Notes: generated by a model from the sequence alone, not told the origin. Shown: positions 1 to 12,713, counted from the stretch's first letter. The stretch is 40,429 bases of DNA from Bigelowiella natans CCMP2755 (GCA_000320545.1 ADNK01003400.1:1-40429); one strand, 5' to 3'. Numbers and translations: made by a program.

Positions 1-63
1 TCGCTCTGGCGGTAGAGATTCTGGAAATTTCCTCATATTTTCAGATTCATTTTCTGATCATCG

Positions 64-100
<37 letters not shown>

Positions 101-709
101 TCTTCTTCCTCTTCTTCTTTTTCTACTCTTTCTCGAGTATTATCTTCTTGCTTTTATCCGTGTGGTTTTCTTGTCGTGTGTGTGTGTGGAGATAACGTAC
201 ACGTCGTCATCGTTTCTCAGCGAGAGGTTTCGGACGTGAATCCAGTCATCTGGTGGGGGGGGGGGGTAGGGCGGGGGAGATAGAGGGAGGGGGTGGGGGG
301 AATGCATGCATAATCGTGTCAGTATGCTATTACTCTCCGACAACGATGCACAGAGCAGTTAAGGTTGACAACGTGTCTTGTCTTTGTGCCGAACGAATTT
401 TTGGAAGTTATTATTGCTGGAGAGAAGAATAAGATAGATTTTAATGTGTTTAGACTGCCCTTCTCGTGTTCTAGACCCCCCCCCCCCCCTCCCCCCCCCT
501 GGTCCTTTCCCATATCCCCTTGTTGACCAAGTCTGAAGTTCACGAAGGTCAACAACTGCCACTCCACCTATACCAGTCCAGATTTGTGAGGAGGGGGGAG
601 GAGGAGAGGGAGGGGCGCGGAATGGGGTTGGATGCAAATTTGACCTGTATGGCGAAGTAAGCTCCGTGCTCAGGAAAGCTATCACCATGTTCGCAGTCCT
701 ATCCAATAT

Positions 710-744
<35 letters not shown>

Positions 745-794
745 CACAGGCACAGGCACAGGGGGGGGGAGGGAAGAGAGAGACAATGAGAGAG

Positions 795-827
<33 letters not shown>

Positions 828-1064
828 GCACAGAATAACCAAATGTTTCCATGCAACCAGCAAACGACGCGGCGAGGAGGAAGAAGAGGAGGGGGAGGAG
901 AAGAGATGCCATTTTGTGAGTGCAGGGACGATGGACAGTTTCGCACATAACAGGATCTACTATCATAGAGGGAAGATGTATAGTTTCTTACCCCCCCTTT
1001 CACCACAATCAGGTTGCCTTCGGTCTCAATGTCAGTGCCTGATGTTGTGAGTAATTAAGTATTC

Positions 1065-1102
<38 letters not shown>

Positions 1103-1160
1103 ACGATCGGACGCCACTCTACACGCATGTGTGCATGTGTGTGATTGTGTGTGCGTAGTC

Positions 1161-1196
<36 letters not shown>

Positions 1197-3199
1197 TTTG
1201 ACTACCGTCCCATACAACGACAAGGCGTTTGCGGCCACCAGGAACCGACTTCGTTACTCCGATGACCTTACAGATGGTTTCGGTCTTCATCGAGCACTTG
1301 GGGAGCTCCTCCAGCGACGTAAATGTCATGTCCGGGGGCTTTATTTGCAGCTGACCAATGCGGGGCGGGGCGGGGCGGGGGGGAGAGACAAACAGGTATA
1401 GAGAGCAGCATAAAATTCAGTGATTGTCTGAAAGCTTCGGTTGGATATATCGAATGGAAGCATTGGAGGTGCTCGGATGATGTCTCGCTGAAATCTCTGG
1501 TGGTACTCAGGATATTCTCACGGGGGCTGACCACCCTTGCGTACACCAGCGAGATGTCGCTAAGTAAGCCCTCCCCGCTGGGGAAAGAAGAGGGGTCTCT
1601 TCCTTCCTCTCACGGAGAAATGGCCACTCAGCAACATGCTGTAGCTTTTCGATTGATCTCGCAGCCGGCTTAAGGAGCAGGTCGGTAGAGACTTAAGATA
1701 CCTGCCCTTCTGAACGGCTGCTTATATATTGGTGACCCTTATCCCCTTGCCAACCCCCCCCCCCCCCCCCTTGCCTTTCTGATTTTATCTCTTTTCCCTC
1801 ATTATTTCTTTCATGGTGTGGAGTGCCGGTCCTCCCCCCCCCCCCCCCCTCCCTCGAATCATCATCATCGTCTCTCCACAAAAACCCATTGGCCGACCGG
1901 GACATCGAGAAGCCATTTTCGCATCGAGACGACGAGCTCTTTGTCCACCTCCGTGTAGTTCTCAGTCGAGAAGCCGTACGGCTCCGCTACGCAAGGAAGA
2001 CACGAAAACACAGAGCAACACCCCCCGTTAGTAGAGGGAAGGGGCCTTCGATGTTGTTTCATGGGGCTGCACAGCTACTTCGGCAGTAGTAGCGATTATT
2101 TCCTTGATGATCGTCTCTCAAATAAAGACAGTCTATGAGGCTCTCTGGGTGACGCCAAGTCCCCTCACATCTGCGCGATCTCTTCTTTCACTTCACTACT
2201 ATGGCTTCTCATCATGCGAATAATCGGTGATGGTGTGTGCGTGCGAGCGTACTCGAGTGTCCTTCCCTCCCGTCGATGCACAGAAAGGAGCTCTTGAACT
2301 TTTGATACACTAGCGATGGCCGCCCCGAGTACAAATCGACTCTGGTAACAGAACAGCGAAAAGGGGGAGAGGTGGGGGGCAAAGCGATTAGGCGATGATG
2401 GCACTCTTATCGTAGGCATTGCAAAAATTGCAAATGGTGGCAGAGAAATGTGCGGGCAGAAGGGGAAAGGACGGGAAAGAAGGGGGGCGGGGGGGTGGGG
2501 AAGGAAGGAGGCTCGTGTCTAGATTGGCCTGGACAGCGAGCTCGCAACGGTGAGAATTAGAATTTTCAATACGCATGATTGCATAGAGTGCTTGTGCGGT
2601 GTGGGTGCAGCTACTTGGCCCGGTGCACACGGAAGATGTCGCCAATCCGATGGAAGCGTGGAAGATCTTCCTCCTTCGCCGCGAATATGTTCATATTGAT
2701 CACGCCTTTTTGAATGGCATTGTTGGAAAAGAACGGGGGTTTAGAAGAAGAAGAAGAAGAAGTAGAAGAAGAGAAGAAGAAGAAGAAGGAGAAGAAGAAA
2801 ACGAAGTGCTGAACTTAGGAGAAATACCAACCAACGAATAATACCGTTCGGAATTGTCCGGTCCGAGATGCTAACGACGATGTAGCTGTCGTTCTTGCGG
2901 GTCTTTCGGGGATGAGTGTAGCTAGCCACCACGCCCACGATGTTGCACTCGAGGCCCTGTCAATACCATTCCATACCGAATGAGTAAACTTAAGCGATTG
3001 ATTGAGAACGTGACGAGGAAAAAGTATGGGCTAAACCGGTTGCAGCTCACTCAAAGGCGTGTAAACATATCCAGAGACGACGGTATCTTGCTTCATCGCC
3101 TTCGCGAAAAGCCCCTTCTCGTTGTTCTTTGCTGCTAGTTAGATAATAAAGACGTACTCTTAAGAGCCGACTCTCCCTCCCCCCATCCTTCCTCCTCTC

Positions 3200-3248
<49 letters not shown>

Positions 3249-4326
3249 CTCATGCTCGCTTTCTTTCGATTCTATTCCCATAGCTTTTCACTTTCTCCTT
3301 GCCACTCGCATCGCCCTAATCCCTTCCTACTCTCGTTTATCAAAGATCGTTTCCCAAAACAAAGCCACATGTAACAACCAAACAAGCGCGCGGAGACGTT
3401 CACGCACACGTACATGTTCAGCTGGTCGTCTAATCATTCATTTTCACATTCAAACGTGGATGCAGGCGTACCACCTTCAAAGATGGAGTTAAATGTTATC
3501 AGATCGCCTTCGAGGTCAAGTAGTCTGTGTCGCGAACTCCTGACTGTATAGACAAGAAGGCTTAGACTCTGCTCGCCGTGTAAATACCTCTTAAACGAAA
3601 AAGACCGGAAATCTGAGCTTTCCTGGACTCTTTTGTGTCGTCTAATTGAAGCTCGAAGTCATGGGCCGTGAGATTGCTGGATAAGGAAAAATAGTTTCAG
3701 TGGAAAAGCTCAGAAATTTAGCCGTGCTTTCTCTCGATTTCTACTTGTTTCTGGTCAATACGCGACAGCCCCTGATCGAGAGTACATCCTAAATATTGTT
3801 GATGTGAGACATCCATATATTGAAATGCATTCTTTAGACAATCAATATTAGCACGCTTCTAAATCGTCACTGTTCCGCTTAAATTTGGTTTCACCAGTTG
3901 TGAAAGTTTTGAACGGAAATAAACGCTCCATGGACGCTTGATGTTGAGTAAAATCATCTCCGTGTGCTCGTCCTATTAAAATATGCGTGAATGTAATTCA
4001 CACGGATAGTAGGCTAAATGATGAGAAGCGTACCCATCGCGGTATATCCTGCAAGAGCACTTCGATATATTCCTATTAACAATAAAGCTTAGTTGTTCAG
4101 TTCAGGTGCACTATAAATTGAAAGCATTTGCCGCACAGGATTTTCCGGGTCCTTGTTGTCGATTTTGATCCCTCGTATCAAAAGCTGGTAATTTTTATGG
4201 CGTCAGATTCGGCAATAAAGGTTAGCTTCAGACTGTGGTAACCTCAGTTGCCTTGTCCTCCCTCCCGAATTTCAGGTTGATGTCCTTGCATGGGACGGGA
4301 GCGGGTGAAGACGGTGAGGACGCCAT
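1..4326 (-). CDS. POT1: Protection of telomeres protein 1 (POT1/TEBP-alpha family), multi-exon, 3' end beyond window start
   Basis: Hand-spliced minus-strand exons give the OB1 signature GYVYTPLSELQP|GLECNIVGVVASYTHPRKTRKNDSYIVVSISDRT|INMNIFAAKEEDLPRFHRIGDIFRVHRAK|VDLYSGRPSLVYQKFKSSFLCIDGREG (3096-2260). OB2-like pieces follow: ETICKVIGVTK..RLVVVWDGS (1329-1200), FPEHGAYFAI (~690-650) and DDWIHVRNL (~250). Phase-consistent upstream exons extend the frame to ATG 4326. Confidence 0.9.
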
Positions 4327-5010
4327 TGAAGAGGGGAACAACAAAAATGGCCTCCGTTTGCGTAATAGGAAGGGTAAGCCCTTCCCGCTCCTAGAAATTT
4401 GTTGTCGCAGTGGCAGAAACGTAACATGCTGCGAGTAACATCAATTTCATAGATTTCTCCTACTTCCGGTAGAGACGATGACGAACTCCTAAAACTACAT
4501 TCATACTGGGATAAATATGAAAATCCCGGTGTTCCGATGTTTTCTGTTAAGCTTGCAGTGGGATTTCCATTATCTTCCGAACTTTCATGTTCAATTAATT
4601 CTGATCATTACGACAACCTCACGTGGATAAATTATTGTGAATTAGGCTTAAAGCGGGAGAAAAATTGGAGCAATCCAGTCAGCAAGAATCTTAAAACAAG
4701 ATTTGGAGGGAACCTGTTCTTGGAGAGGAACCGTTGGCTTAACAGGAGCCGAGAAAGCAGGTGGCTACCAGCCAAATCGAAGCAAATTTAAACTCGCAAC
4801 AAGCAGCCGATTCGATTTCGATGCCTAAACGCAATGCATGTCAATTCTTGGGAGAGATTTAATGCTCTCTGTGCTTCCTACGCTGAAGAAAATCCCATTT
4901 ATCTATAGAAAGCGACAAAGCAATTCTCAATTTTTATAAATATTCTGAAGGCCATTGTTGTCGCAAACATTTGTATCTGGGTCTGAACCTGTGAAGCCCA
5001 AATTTGTGAA
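4327..5010. promoter_or_regulatory. Putative bidirectional promoter, POT1/CENP-C
   Basis: Only 684 bp lie between divergent ATGs. Inferred from geometry; no motif identified. Confidence 0.45.
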
Positions 5011-7372
5011 ATGGCGGTTGACCCTTCGAGGCTATTCCACAGGCAGAGACGCCGTGACAAGGCCGGCCTCCGAAAGCGGGCACTGCTCCCGCGGCTTTCA
5101 TATGAGAAAGTTCAAAATAAAAAGGAGGGGAAGAGGGAAACAGTCGCAGTTAAGAAAAGCGCTGAACCTGATTTGGAGGATTTTTGGAATGACTTGAGTG
5201 ATGAAGAGGAAAGGTTGGAGATGGGCATTGTTGAGGAGATAGAAGAAACTAAGGCGAAAGAAGCTCCTAAAACACAGGGTATTGGTAACATTGGTTTCTT
5301 CAAAAAAAAAGGGAAAACATACACGAGAGATTACTGCATGTTTCCACCGTCGTGTGTATGTGATGTCAATCTGTATTCTGAACAGAAAAACGGCGTCAAT
5401 CCACAACAACAAATTCGAGCTCCAAGGGGCAATCACCAAGGAGAAGAAGATCATCTCTTAAAGGCACTTCCCACATAACGAACCTTATTTTTGACGAAGG
5501 AATAACGTAATCACATAATGTAATCACATCACATTTATCAGGCAAAATCGAAAGCGAAGATCCAGCAACCCAGGAGCTCGATTTCGACGACAGCATAGGA
5601 AATGATGACTTTGGGGACGACGATTTTGATAACGGCGACGACAACGAAGAGGAAAATGATGTGGATATGAAACATGGCAGGCAAGATACGAAACATATTG
5701 AATCAACAAGGTAGTAGTGGGCGCCGCCCCTGTCACTTTGATTACGTAGTCTAACTTCTATGTGCCTGAACAACAGCGAATCGGAGAAAGCAAAACGAAA
5801 AAAACGGGCTCACCGTCGTGGAACAATAAAAATAATTGAAAAAGCACACAAATCTGGGCTGGTGGACCAATGGGAGGTAGAATTATTCAGACAAATTATA
5901 CCACCAAATATCATGAAATCGTTACTTCGGACGCTCATTGTATGTTAATGAATATCTACGAGAGGCTTTGATATCTATGAAAAGTATCTATAATGAGTTT
6001 CATCTGTCGATGCAGGATTTGGAGGATGGGGAACGCCGTAGAAGCAAACGCAGGCGTATTAAGCCTACCGAGTGGTGGAACGTATGTAGACTAACATTAA
6101 TTCAGAGCCTCGACATGACACATGACTCTCTTTCCATATCATCTCAGGGTCAGGTCCGTGAATTGGAACGGAGAAAGAGCGGCGTAGGACCGATGCTACC
6201 AACGGTAGGACCTATCTCTCTTGATTTCCCTTCATTCGTATTCTGAATGAAAATACCCTTCGGATGTTATCAGCTTAAGACTCCGACGGCAAAGAGGAGC
6301 CGGCACTTTGTCGACATTAATAAGTGGGAGGAAGAGAAGAAAGCCCAGCGGAAGAAAACAAGGAAAACCACGAAGAAAAGGAAAAAGAAAGATGACGACG
6401 AGGAGGATGAGGATGACGAAGACGCTGCTGACTTCCAGACCAAGGCCTGGGTGCGTGTTGATATTACGAAACCCCAGACTTGCAACTTTGTTCTAATAGT
6501 GATCCATACAAAAGGTCCAAAATGCTCGAAACGGCATGGAGGAGCATCTATCTGTGGCAAAACTGAAGTCCATGATTACGATGGTGATCTCTAGCGATAA
6601 CAATGCAGTAGTAACAGCAGTTGTCTCTACAGTCACTGAATAGGCAAATATTTGAGCAAGTGGGAATATCTGATTTGTGCTCCTTCTGTTTTCTCTACTA
6701 CAGGAACCCTTATTCCAAGATGGAGAAAAACTCCCGCTTGCTAAATGCCCATTGGTGTGATATAACATTTATATAGCCCATTCGAGCGCACACCTCTCCC
6801 TAACAGATGCCCCTTTTGCTCATTTTGCGGCATTTCAGGCTGGCAAATGGTTTGAAACTGATCAGTTCTCGTCTGGACAGCTGATTCTCCCGCCAGGATC
6901 ATTCAAAGCTCGGTATATATGTTGCAGCACCCTATCCATCGATCGTGTGGCTTTTGTTTGCGCTTCAATAGTTTATCATGTCATGTGCTCAGGGGGGGTG
7001 AAGGGCGAGAGTCGGCTTCGTTTTTTCGTCTGTATACTGCTAGTTCACATCGTGTATTTACCGCAGCGAGGTCTCGATCAGCACCGAAATATTCTTTGTT
7101 GTGGGATGCGAGCCAAAGCAAATGCAGGTCGGCAGTTGGCATTCTGATAATCTAGGATAGTCCTACCATGCGGCGCCACTGTGTTCTCCGCATGCATCAT
7201 AACTGAGTGCGTTTTTGTGTGTTTATAAATAGGTGACCATCGAGGAAGAGGTTTTCAACATGTCCAAGGGAAGCCATTTCTTCGTTCCTGCTGACAACGA
7301 ATATGAGTTGCACAACAATTCAAAGTATACCTCCATATTCTCTGCTCTCACTTCCATCAGCATGACGCAGAT

Positions 7373-7410
<38 letters not shown>

Positions 7411-7645
7411 TGTGTGCAAGTAAGTGAAAAATGAGAGACAGACATTGTCATCGTTCCTACCATATTTCTCGTGTGATGAAGTGTCAGCGGTTGCGCGCGC
7501 GCTTCGATCGAAGATGTGATTATTGGTTACTGACAGGGACACGCCCGCAAGACTGTTGTTTTGCTTGGTCCGAGATAATGCAGAAGCGAAATCGGAGGAT
7601 GCCGGAGGAAAACAGTCGAAAGCTGCAAAGAAAGGGACGCGGTGA
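5011..7645 (+). CDS. CENPC: Centromere protein C (CENP-C/Mif2), multi-exon
   Basis: CENP-C motif GERRRSKRRRIKPTEWWN (~6028-6080). C-terminal cupin exons AGKWFETDQFSSGQLILPPGSFKA, VTIEEEVFNMSKGSHFFVPADNEYELHNNSK and DTPARLLFCLV..KKGTR* (TGA 7643-7645). Acidic and basic low-complexity linkers. Start codon inferred. Confidence 0.9.
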
Positions 7646-7884
7646 AATAAGATCCCCGGCAAATTCATTTTGGGATAAAAAAAAAAGCCTACCTGCCTCT
7701 TATGTGTAAAGTAGCATCTCAAATATTTAGTTTCGGCCAGGCAACTATCTTTGCTCCAACCATCCGAAAAGAACGTCAGATATGTTGTATTTTTCATTTA
7801 ATACGTTACTCCTCATTGCTCCCAAGACTACCATGTATGCGCCTACCTAAATTGTTTTTTTTTGGTACATTTGCGGTTGAGAGT

Positions 7885-7964
<80 letters not shown>

Positions 7965-8201
7965 CATAATACATATGCATATATATGTTCGGCTTGCGAA
8001 TGTGTGTGCCTTTGTGGGGGCGGGGGAAGGTGAACGGGGCATGTAAGAGGTGTAGTATATTTTGCCTACTTTCGCCACGGATGCATATTAGTCTGAAAGT
8101 CTGAACGCTAACCGGAGGACTATAAGACAAATAAGCGGAATTCGCCTAATAGATGAGTAATCCAATGCTGCATTCTAGCATTTGTTATTTTTTAATCGTA
8201 C

Positions 8202-8803
8202 ATCTGTGTGACAAGCAGTGGCATCTTGCAAAAGCAAAAAAAAATGGCCAGCAAGACACACAGCAACGCATGCTAGCATGGGATCGCATGCGATTTTGAT
8301 GTGTGACCACGCAAGCTAGCAAGTGACATGCATGCTAGCATGTCTACTGGTGCATGTACACCATGCTAGCATGCCAGTAAAAAGCGATGCAATGATTACT
8401 GGTGCACATGCGAGTTGGGCGAAGCCGCCCGACAATCGTGTGTTTCCACCTTGCTAGCTTGCAAGAACTTGCTAGCTTGCTTGACACAATGCAGCGGCAC
8501 AAAGTCATCAGAGCTAGAGAGCTTCCTATCCGAACAATGAACAAGCTGAACAATGAACAATGAAGTGAACAATGATGACAAACTGCGTTCCGATCTGGCG
8601 ATCGATGGTCAGAAACCTGATGAAAACATGTGACTGAACCGCTGGGCGAAACATGCATTTTTCATGGCTGGATGGCCCCAAATTGCAAGCTTTGCATTCG
8701 TTGCAGCATGCGAGCAATGGCTGCTCCAAAGAGTGCAAACTGTGTTCGCACGGGTGCGATGCGATTCTGGACCTGCGATGTCCATCGTGCGATGTTTTTG
8801 AAT
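8202..8803. other. TpA-depleted domain downstream of 5S
   Basis: No TA in 8529-8803. 7 of the 12 TA in 8202-8528 are in CTAG. Confidence 0.8.
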
Positions 8804-8974
8804 TAGCTAGGAAACAAAAAAACTACGGAAGAAAACTACGAGCACATCATGTTGATGTCTTAGACCCTTGGTCCCAAAAGAAGTAGACTGTCTCGTTCGT
8901 TTTTGTCCTTGCCTAAGTTAGGCAATATTCCTGGGAAGTTTTCAGGTGTGATGTGTATGTGCTCATCAAAACTT

Positions 8975-9000
8975 GCAACAAAAACAACAAAAACAAAAGA
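8975..9000 (-). terminator. Pol III T-tract terminator of the 5S gene
   Basis: The minus strand reads TCTTTTGTTTTTGTTGTTTTTG directly after the 5S 3' end. Confidence 0.7.
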
Positions 9001-9002
9001 TT

Positions 9003-9121
9003 GGATACAACAACGCCGTGTTCCCGCGTGGTCCCCCACCGCAGTACTAACGAGTCCCAACGACGCTTAACTTCCGAGTTCGGCAGGGATCGGGTGTATT
9101 AGTCGTGGTATGGTCGTATCC
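9003..9121 (-). rRNA. 5S: 5S ribosomal RNA gene (single copy in window)
   Basis: The reverse complement is 119 nt, GGATACGACCATACCACGACT...GTTGTTGTATCC, with a terminal helix GGATACGAC/GTTGTATCC, box A-like AGTTAAGCG, GTTAGTA, and box C-like GGTGGGGGACC. Confidence 0.95.
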
Positions 9122-9508
9122 GTCAGGGATAGGTGATTGTAACACACCGGTAGTGATTCAATTTTTATGCAGAATCGGCTTTTCTAGGCTCTCCAGCACG
9201 TGTGGAACTTATACATCGCTCCACCTCGCCTCGCACACTCTTCCTGGACCGAAGAACACCCTCATCAGTTCAAACTGCGGGGATCTGGCAGCAGCTAAAT
9301 TCCCAAAACTTCCCCAGAGAACTCTCTCCTTCTAGTCCGCAACAAGATCTGACAGGGGCACAGACATCATGGAGATGGACGGCTACCTCGATGGGAAGAA
9401 GGTGGCGTTCACACACGTTTGAATGCTTCGTCTGTTCTGTGACGAGTCCCTCTGGGGCGAAATGCTCATCTAATGCGCTATTCTTAGATACCCACGCCGA
9501 GGGCAAGG

Positions 9509-9997
9509 ATGGCAGGCGATGGGCTAGCAGAAAGCGAGATCGAAATGTGTGGATTGAGCATTGTCAGTACCGCCGAAGAGAGGAGGCTCCTGGCAAAGAA
9601 GACCGTGTTCGTATTCATCCTGACCTATGCTTTAATCCCGCTCGTGATGCTGAAAAGCGAGCTTCCTAAAATGATATACACGATCTTCCTGGTCCTACTT
9701 CATGTCTTCATCCTCGTCGCATATTTCTACAAAGTCAACATCCGAGAGCTAGACCCTGACTGGAAATCTCTCTGTGCGCGCATGACTGCGCTCATGTTCA
9801 CAAGCTACCTACTCTACATCGCGGCTCGGAAGAAGAAAGGAAGCAAGGAGAGGGAGCTTGTCCAAACGTGCATTGAAATGTTGGTGATCTGTGTCATTCA
9901 CACGGTGGTACTCGTGCTATTAGTCGTCCGAGTCCGCTATGTAGAAACGACTGGGGCAGGCTACACAGCCCTTAATAACAAGACCCATCCTGCATGA
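9509..9997 (+). CDS. Intronless ~4-TM membrane protein of unknown function (162 aa)
   Basis: Clean ATG..TGA ORF with four hydrophobic segments, natural amino-acid composition and no microsatellites. Confidence 0.75.
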   Translation: MAGDGLAESEIEMCGLSIVSTAEERRLLAKKTVFVFILTYALIPLVMLKSELPKMIYTIFLVLLHVFILVAYFYKVNIRELDPDWKSLCARMTALMFTSYLLYIAARKKKGSKERELVQTCIEMLVICVIHTVVLVLLVVRVRYVETTGAGYTALNNKTHPA

Positions 9998-10926
9998 GTT
10001 GGAACATATTTCCTAACGATGAACGAAGAATTGGTTCAGGGCATGGAGCGATATGACATATCCTCTATTGACGAACAAGTGAAGGGTAATAAGAATTCTC
10101 CCGTTGATTTAAATTGACAGATAAATGTTTCCCTTTACGGAAAGATTGATTACCATTAGATTAAATTTGATAACCCAAAAAAAAAATCTTTTCACGGAAT
10201 ATTTTCTGATAATCAACTTCATATGGATAATTCTCTTCACCTTTTGGTTTAATTCCACAATCCTGTAATTTCTCATTTTAGCAATTCGCATGCTATGACC
10301 CTGTATGATGATAGGATTTTGAATCTTTCATATCTTTCCTCTCTCTACCATTTATCTGCCTTTGTTTCAGAAGTCATTTTGTGTCTTTTAAATTCAAAAT
10401 CTTTAATTAGAAACACTTTGTAATCTACCTAATTTACAGAGCTAAGAATCCTAAAAATAAATTAGAGTAAACATTAAAGTAAATCTCTGTTACATAAAAT
10501 AAAGATGGTAACATTATATGATTGATACGTATATGCACGTCATGTCGCACGCGCGCTGCGCAAGCTAGCAAGCTGCAATTGTTGTGAATGACGTTGCCGT
10601 AGCTACTTTCGACGCTGTTGCTGCTATAGTCTACTAGCACGCGATGGTGTTTATACGATTTAATACATCTAGACATATATGCAGGTAGACAGACGCGGTG
10701 CGATGTGCAGGAACATCATGCAACATGATTCGCTACAAACATGCAATTTGAGACGGCCGTGCGTGTGTACTGCGCTGTGTTCTAGTGTACGTAACATCTG
10801 TGAGAACGAACGCACCTCCGCCTGTCATAATCGCACGCATCACACTATAGTTGATGGCTCAGCACTAGTAATCATCAGTCCACAGATGACATGTACATGT
10901 ATATGTGTACGCATCACGCGAAATTT

Positions 10927-12029
10927 TCATTGGTTGGAGCTCTTTTCTGGTTTGCTTCCACTGCCTTTTTCATCACCATCAGCGACCAAATCTTGCGGCT
11001 GAGCTGCTGTTCTTACCTGATGATCTCCCGCGTTGCTTTCGAGATTTTTCTCGCATTCGTCCGCTTTCTGCTTCGTTTCATTGCCATCATCGTGGCGATC
11101 CTTCTTTTGCTTCCTCTTGATCGAAGGAGAAACACTTGCCTCCACAGCGTTGCTGATCAATGCAACCTCCTTCTTCAAGTCCATTTCTTTGCTACTTAGT
11201 TTCCTTGTCGTACCTACAGTTTCATCATGAGATCTTTGACATTCATTGATCGAGCATAGGTCATTATCACCATTTTCATCTGGCACAAGGACGTCTGCAA
11301 GGGCGATTGCTTCGGCCAATCCGTCCGCCTCTTTGCCATTGAAGGCAAACATCGTCACCGTCTTGAGCTCCGGGTAGACGTTTCGGCCTATTGCGCTGAG
11401 ACCCAGCGCTAAAGAACAAGAGACCGCTGTCACCATCTCGCACAATTAATCGCGTTATTTCTCGGTTGCCCTTCTTATACGGTGAGATTACCACATCCTG
11501 ACATACCGAGAATCATCCTGAGGGAACGCTCACCGCGGAAAATCCCGGCACTAATCAGAGAAAAGCCTATGGTCTCCAACTTCAGCTCTCGTGCACGCAT
11601 CATAGATTCCTGATGGCATCGTGATATGTATAAAAGGACAATTAGGAGACGAAAGCACTTCTCAGATAGGAGCTTATCTGCACACCCTGTATGCTGAGTA
11701 CAGTAACGAGTCACATTGCCTTATTATCTTCTTCTTCTCTTGAGACCCCGCCTGGTTAGCGTCACACACAAGCGCAAAGGTGAGACACAAGATGCACACT
11801 AAGGTCTGAATATACCCGGTATATACCATTCTAAGCCTAACTGTATAGCTTGGCCCGACAGCGTGGATGCAGTATTTTGCCTGAGACGTGTGAACACTCA
11901 TTTTCGACTCTAAAATTGAGGAAGCGATTGAGAGGCTATGGCGACAAAGGCAATAACAATAATAATGATAATAACAATTTTTATAATAACTATATTAATA
12001 ATAATAAGAATAATAAAAAAAATAATAAC

Positions 12030-12061
<32 letters not shown>

Positions 12062-12596
12062 GGGAATGCAACCTTGAGAGCACCACCAACGGTGACTACT
12101 GCCTCGCCGGTCGGACAACGCACGGTCCTTCCTTTCAGAATTGGCAGTGCTCGCCGTGCCTCAGCTAACCTAAAGGAGCACAAAAAGCTATTACGCGTTA
12201 CAATTTCACTGATCTTTCGATCGTAATGAACGAGGTGGCATAGGGATGAAGATGCAGTTAGAGTGACTTCGGGCCGCCAGCATTAGTAATTGCCCCGTCA
12301 ACACCGCCGCCAGTGATGCATCCCTAATAGCAATGTGTAATAAGTCCGTAAATTTAGCCGGGTGAATATAGAGCGATGCATGTCTATAGCAAGATCGAGC
12401 TGAAGGATGGGGAGGGCAAGAGGGAGAGTAAAAAGGGGGCGAAGGTTAGACGACAGACCTGATTGGCTGCATTGACAATTGCATCCGCCCCAAACGACAC
12501 AACACTCCCCCTTACAATCTCCAGCACAGTCTTTGTATTTGGACATGCCGACGCTAGTAGGAACCGCGTTCTCGCCGAAGACGCACCCGCCCCCAT
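10927..12596 (-). CDS. Macro-domain protein (MacroD/YmdB-like ADP-ribose glycohydrolase), multi-exon, with charged C-terminal tail
   Basis: Exons encode LEIVRGSVVSFGADAIVNAANQ|GCITGGGVDGAITNAGGP|TVRCPTGEAVVTVGGALK|AKYCIHAVGPSY|TIGFSLISAGIFRG|VYPELKTVTMFAF, covering the canonical macro motifs. Alternative ATG at 12605. Confidence 0.92.
11952..12060. repeat. (AAT)n microsatellite in a macro-gene intron; one of dozens of (CT)n, (CA)n, (TA)n, (ATC)n and poly-C/G tracts, mostly intronic
   Basis: Read directly from the sequence. Confidence 0.9.
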
Positions 12597-12713
12597 TCGC
12601 TGCATTCTCTCTGTAGGTGCGGCAGGGTCGGTCGGAAGGTTGGCAGGCCGATTGTCTTGCCGATGTTCGCGGTAGTGTCGGAATTTAATAAATAGGTCGG
12701 CAGACTTAGGGAC

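Noticed and set aside
359-1006. ORFs with CVCVCV, THTHTH, YIYIYI, ERERER or LSLSLS runs throughout the window
   Set aside because: These are translations of intronic microsatellites.
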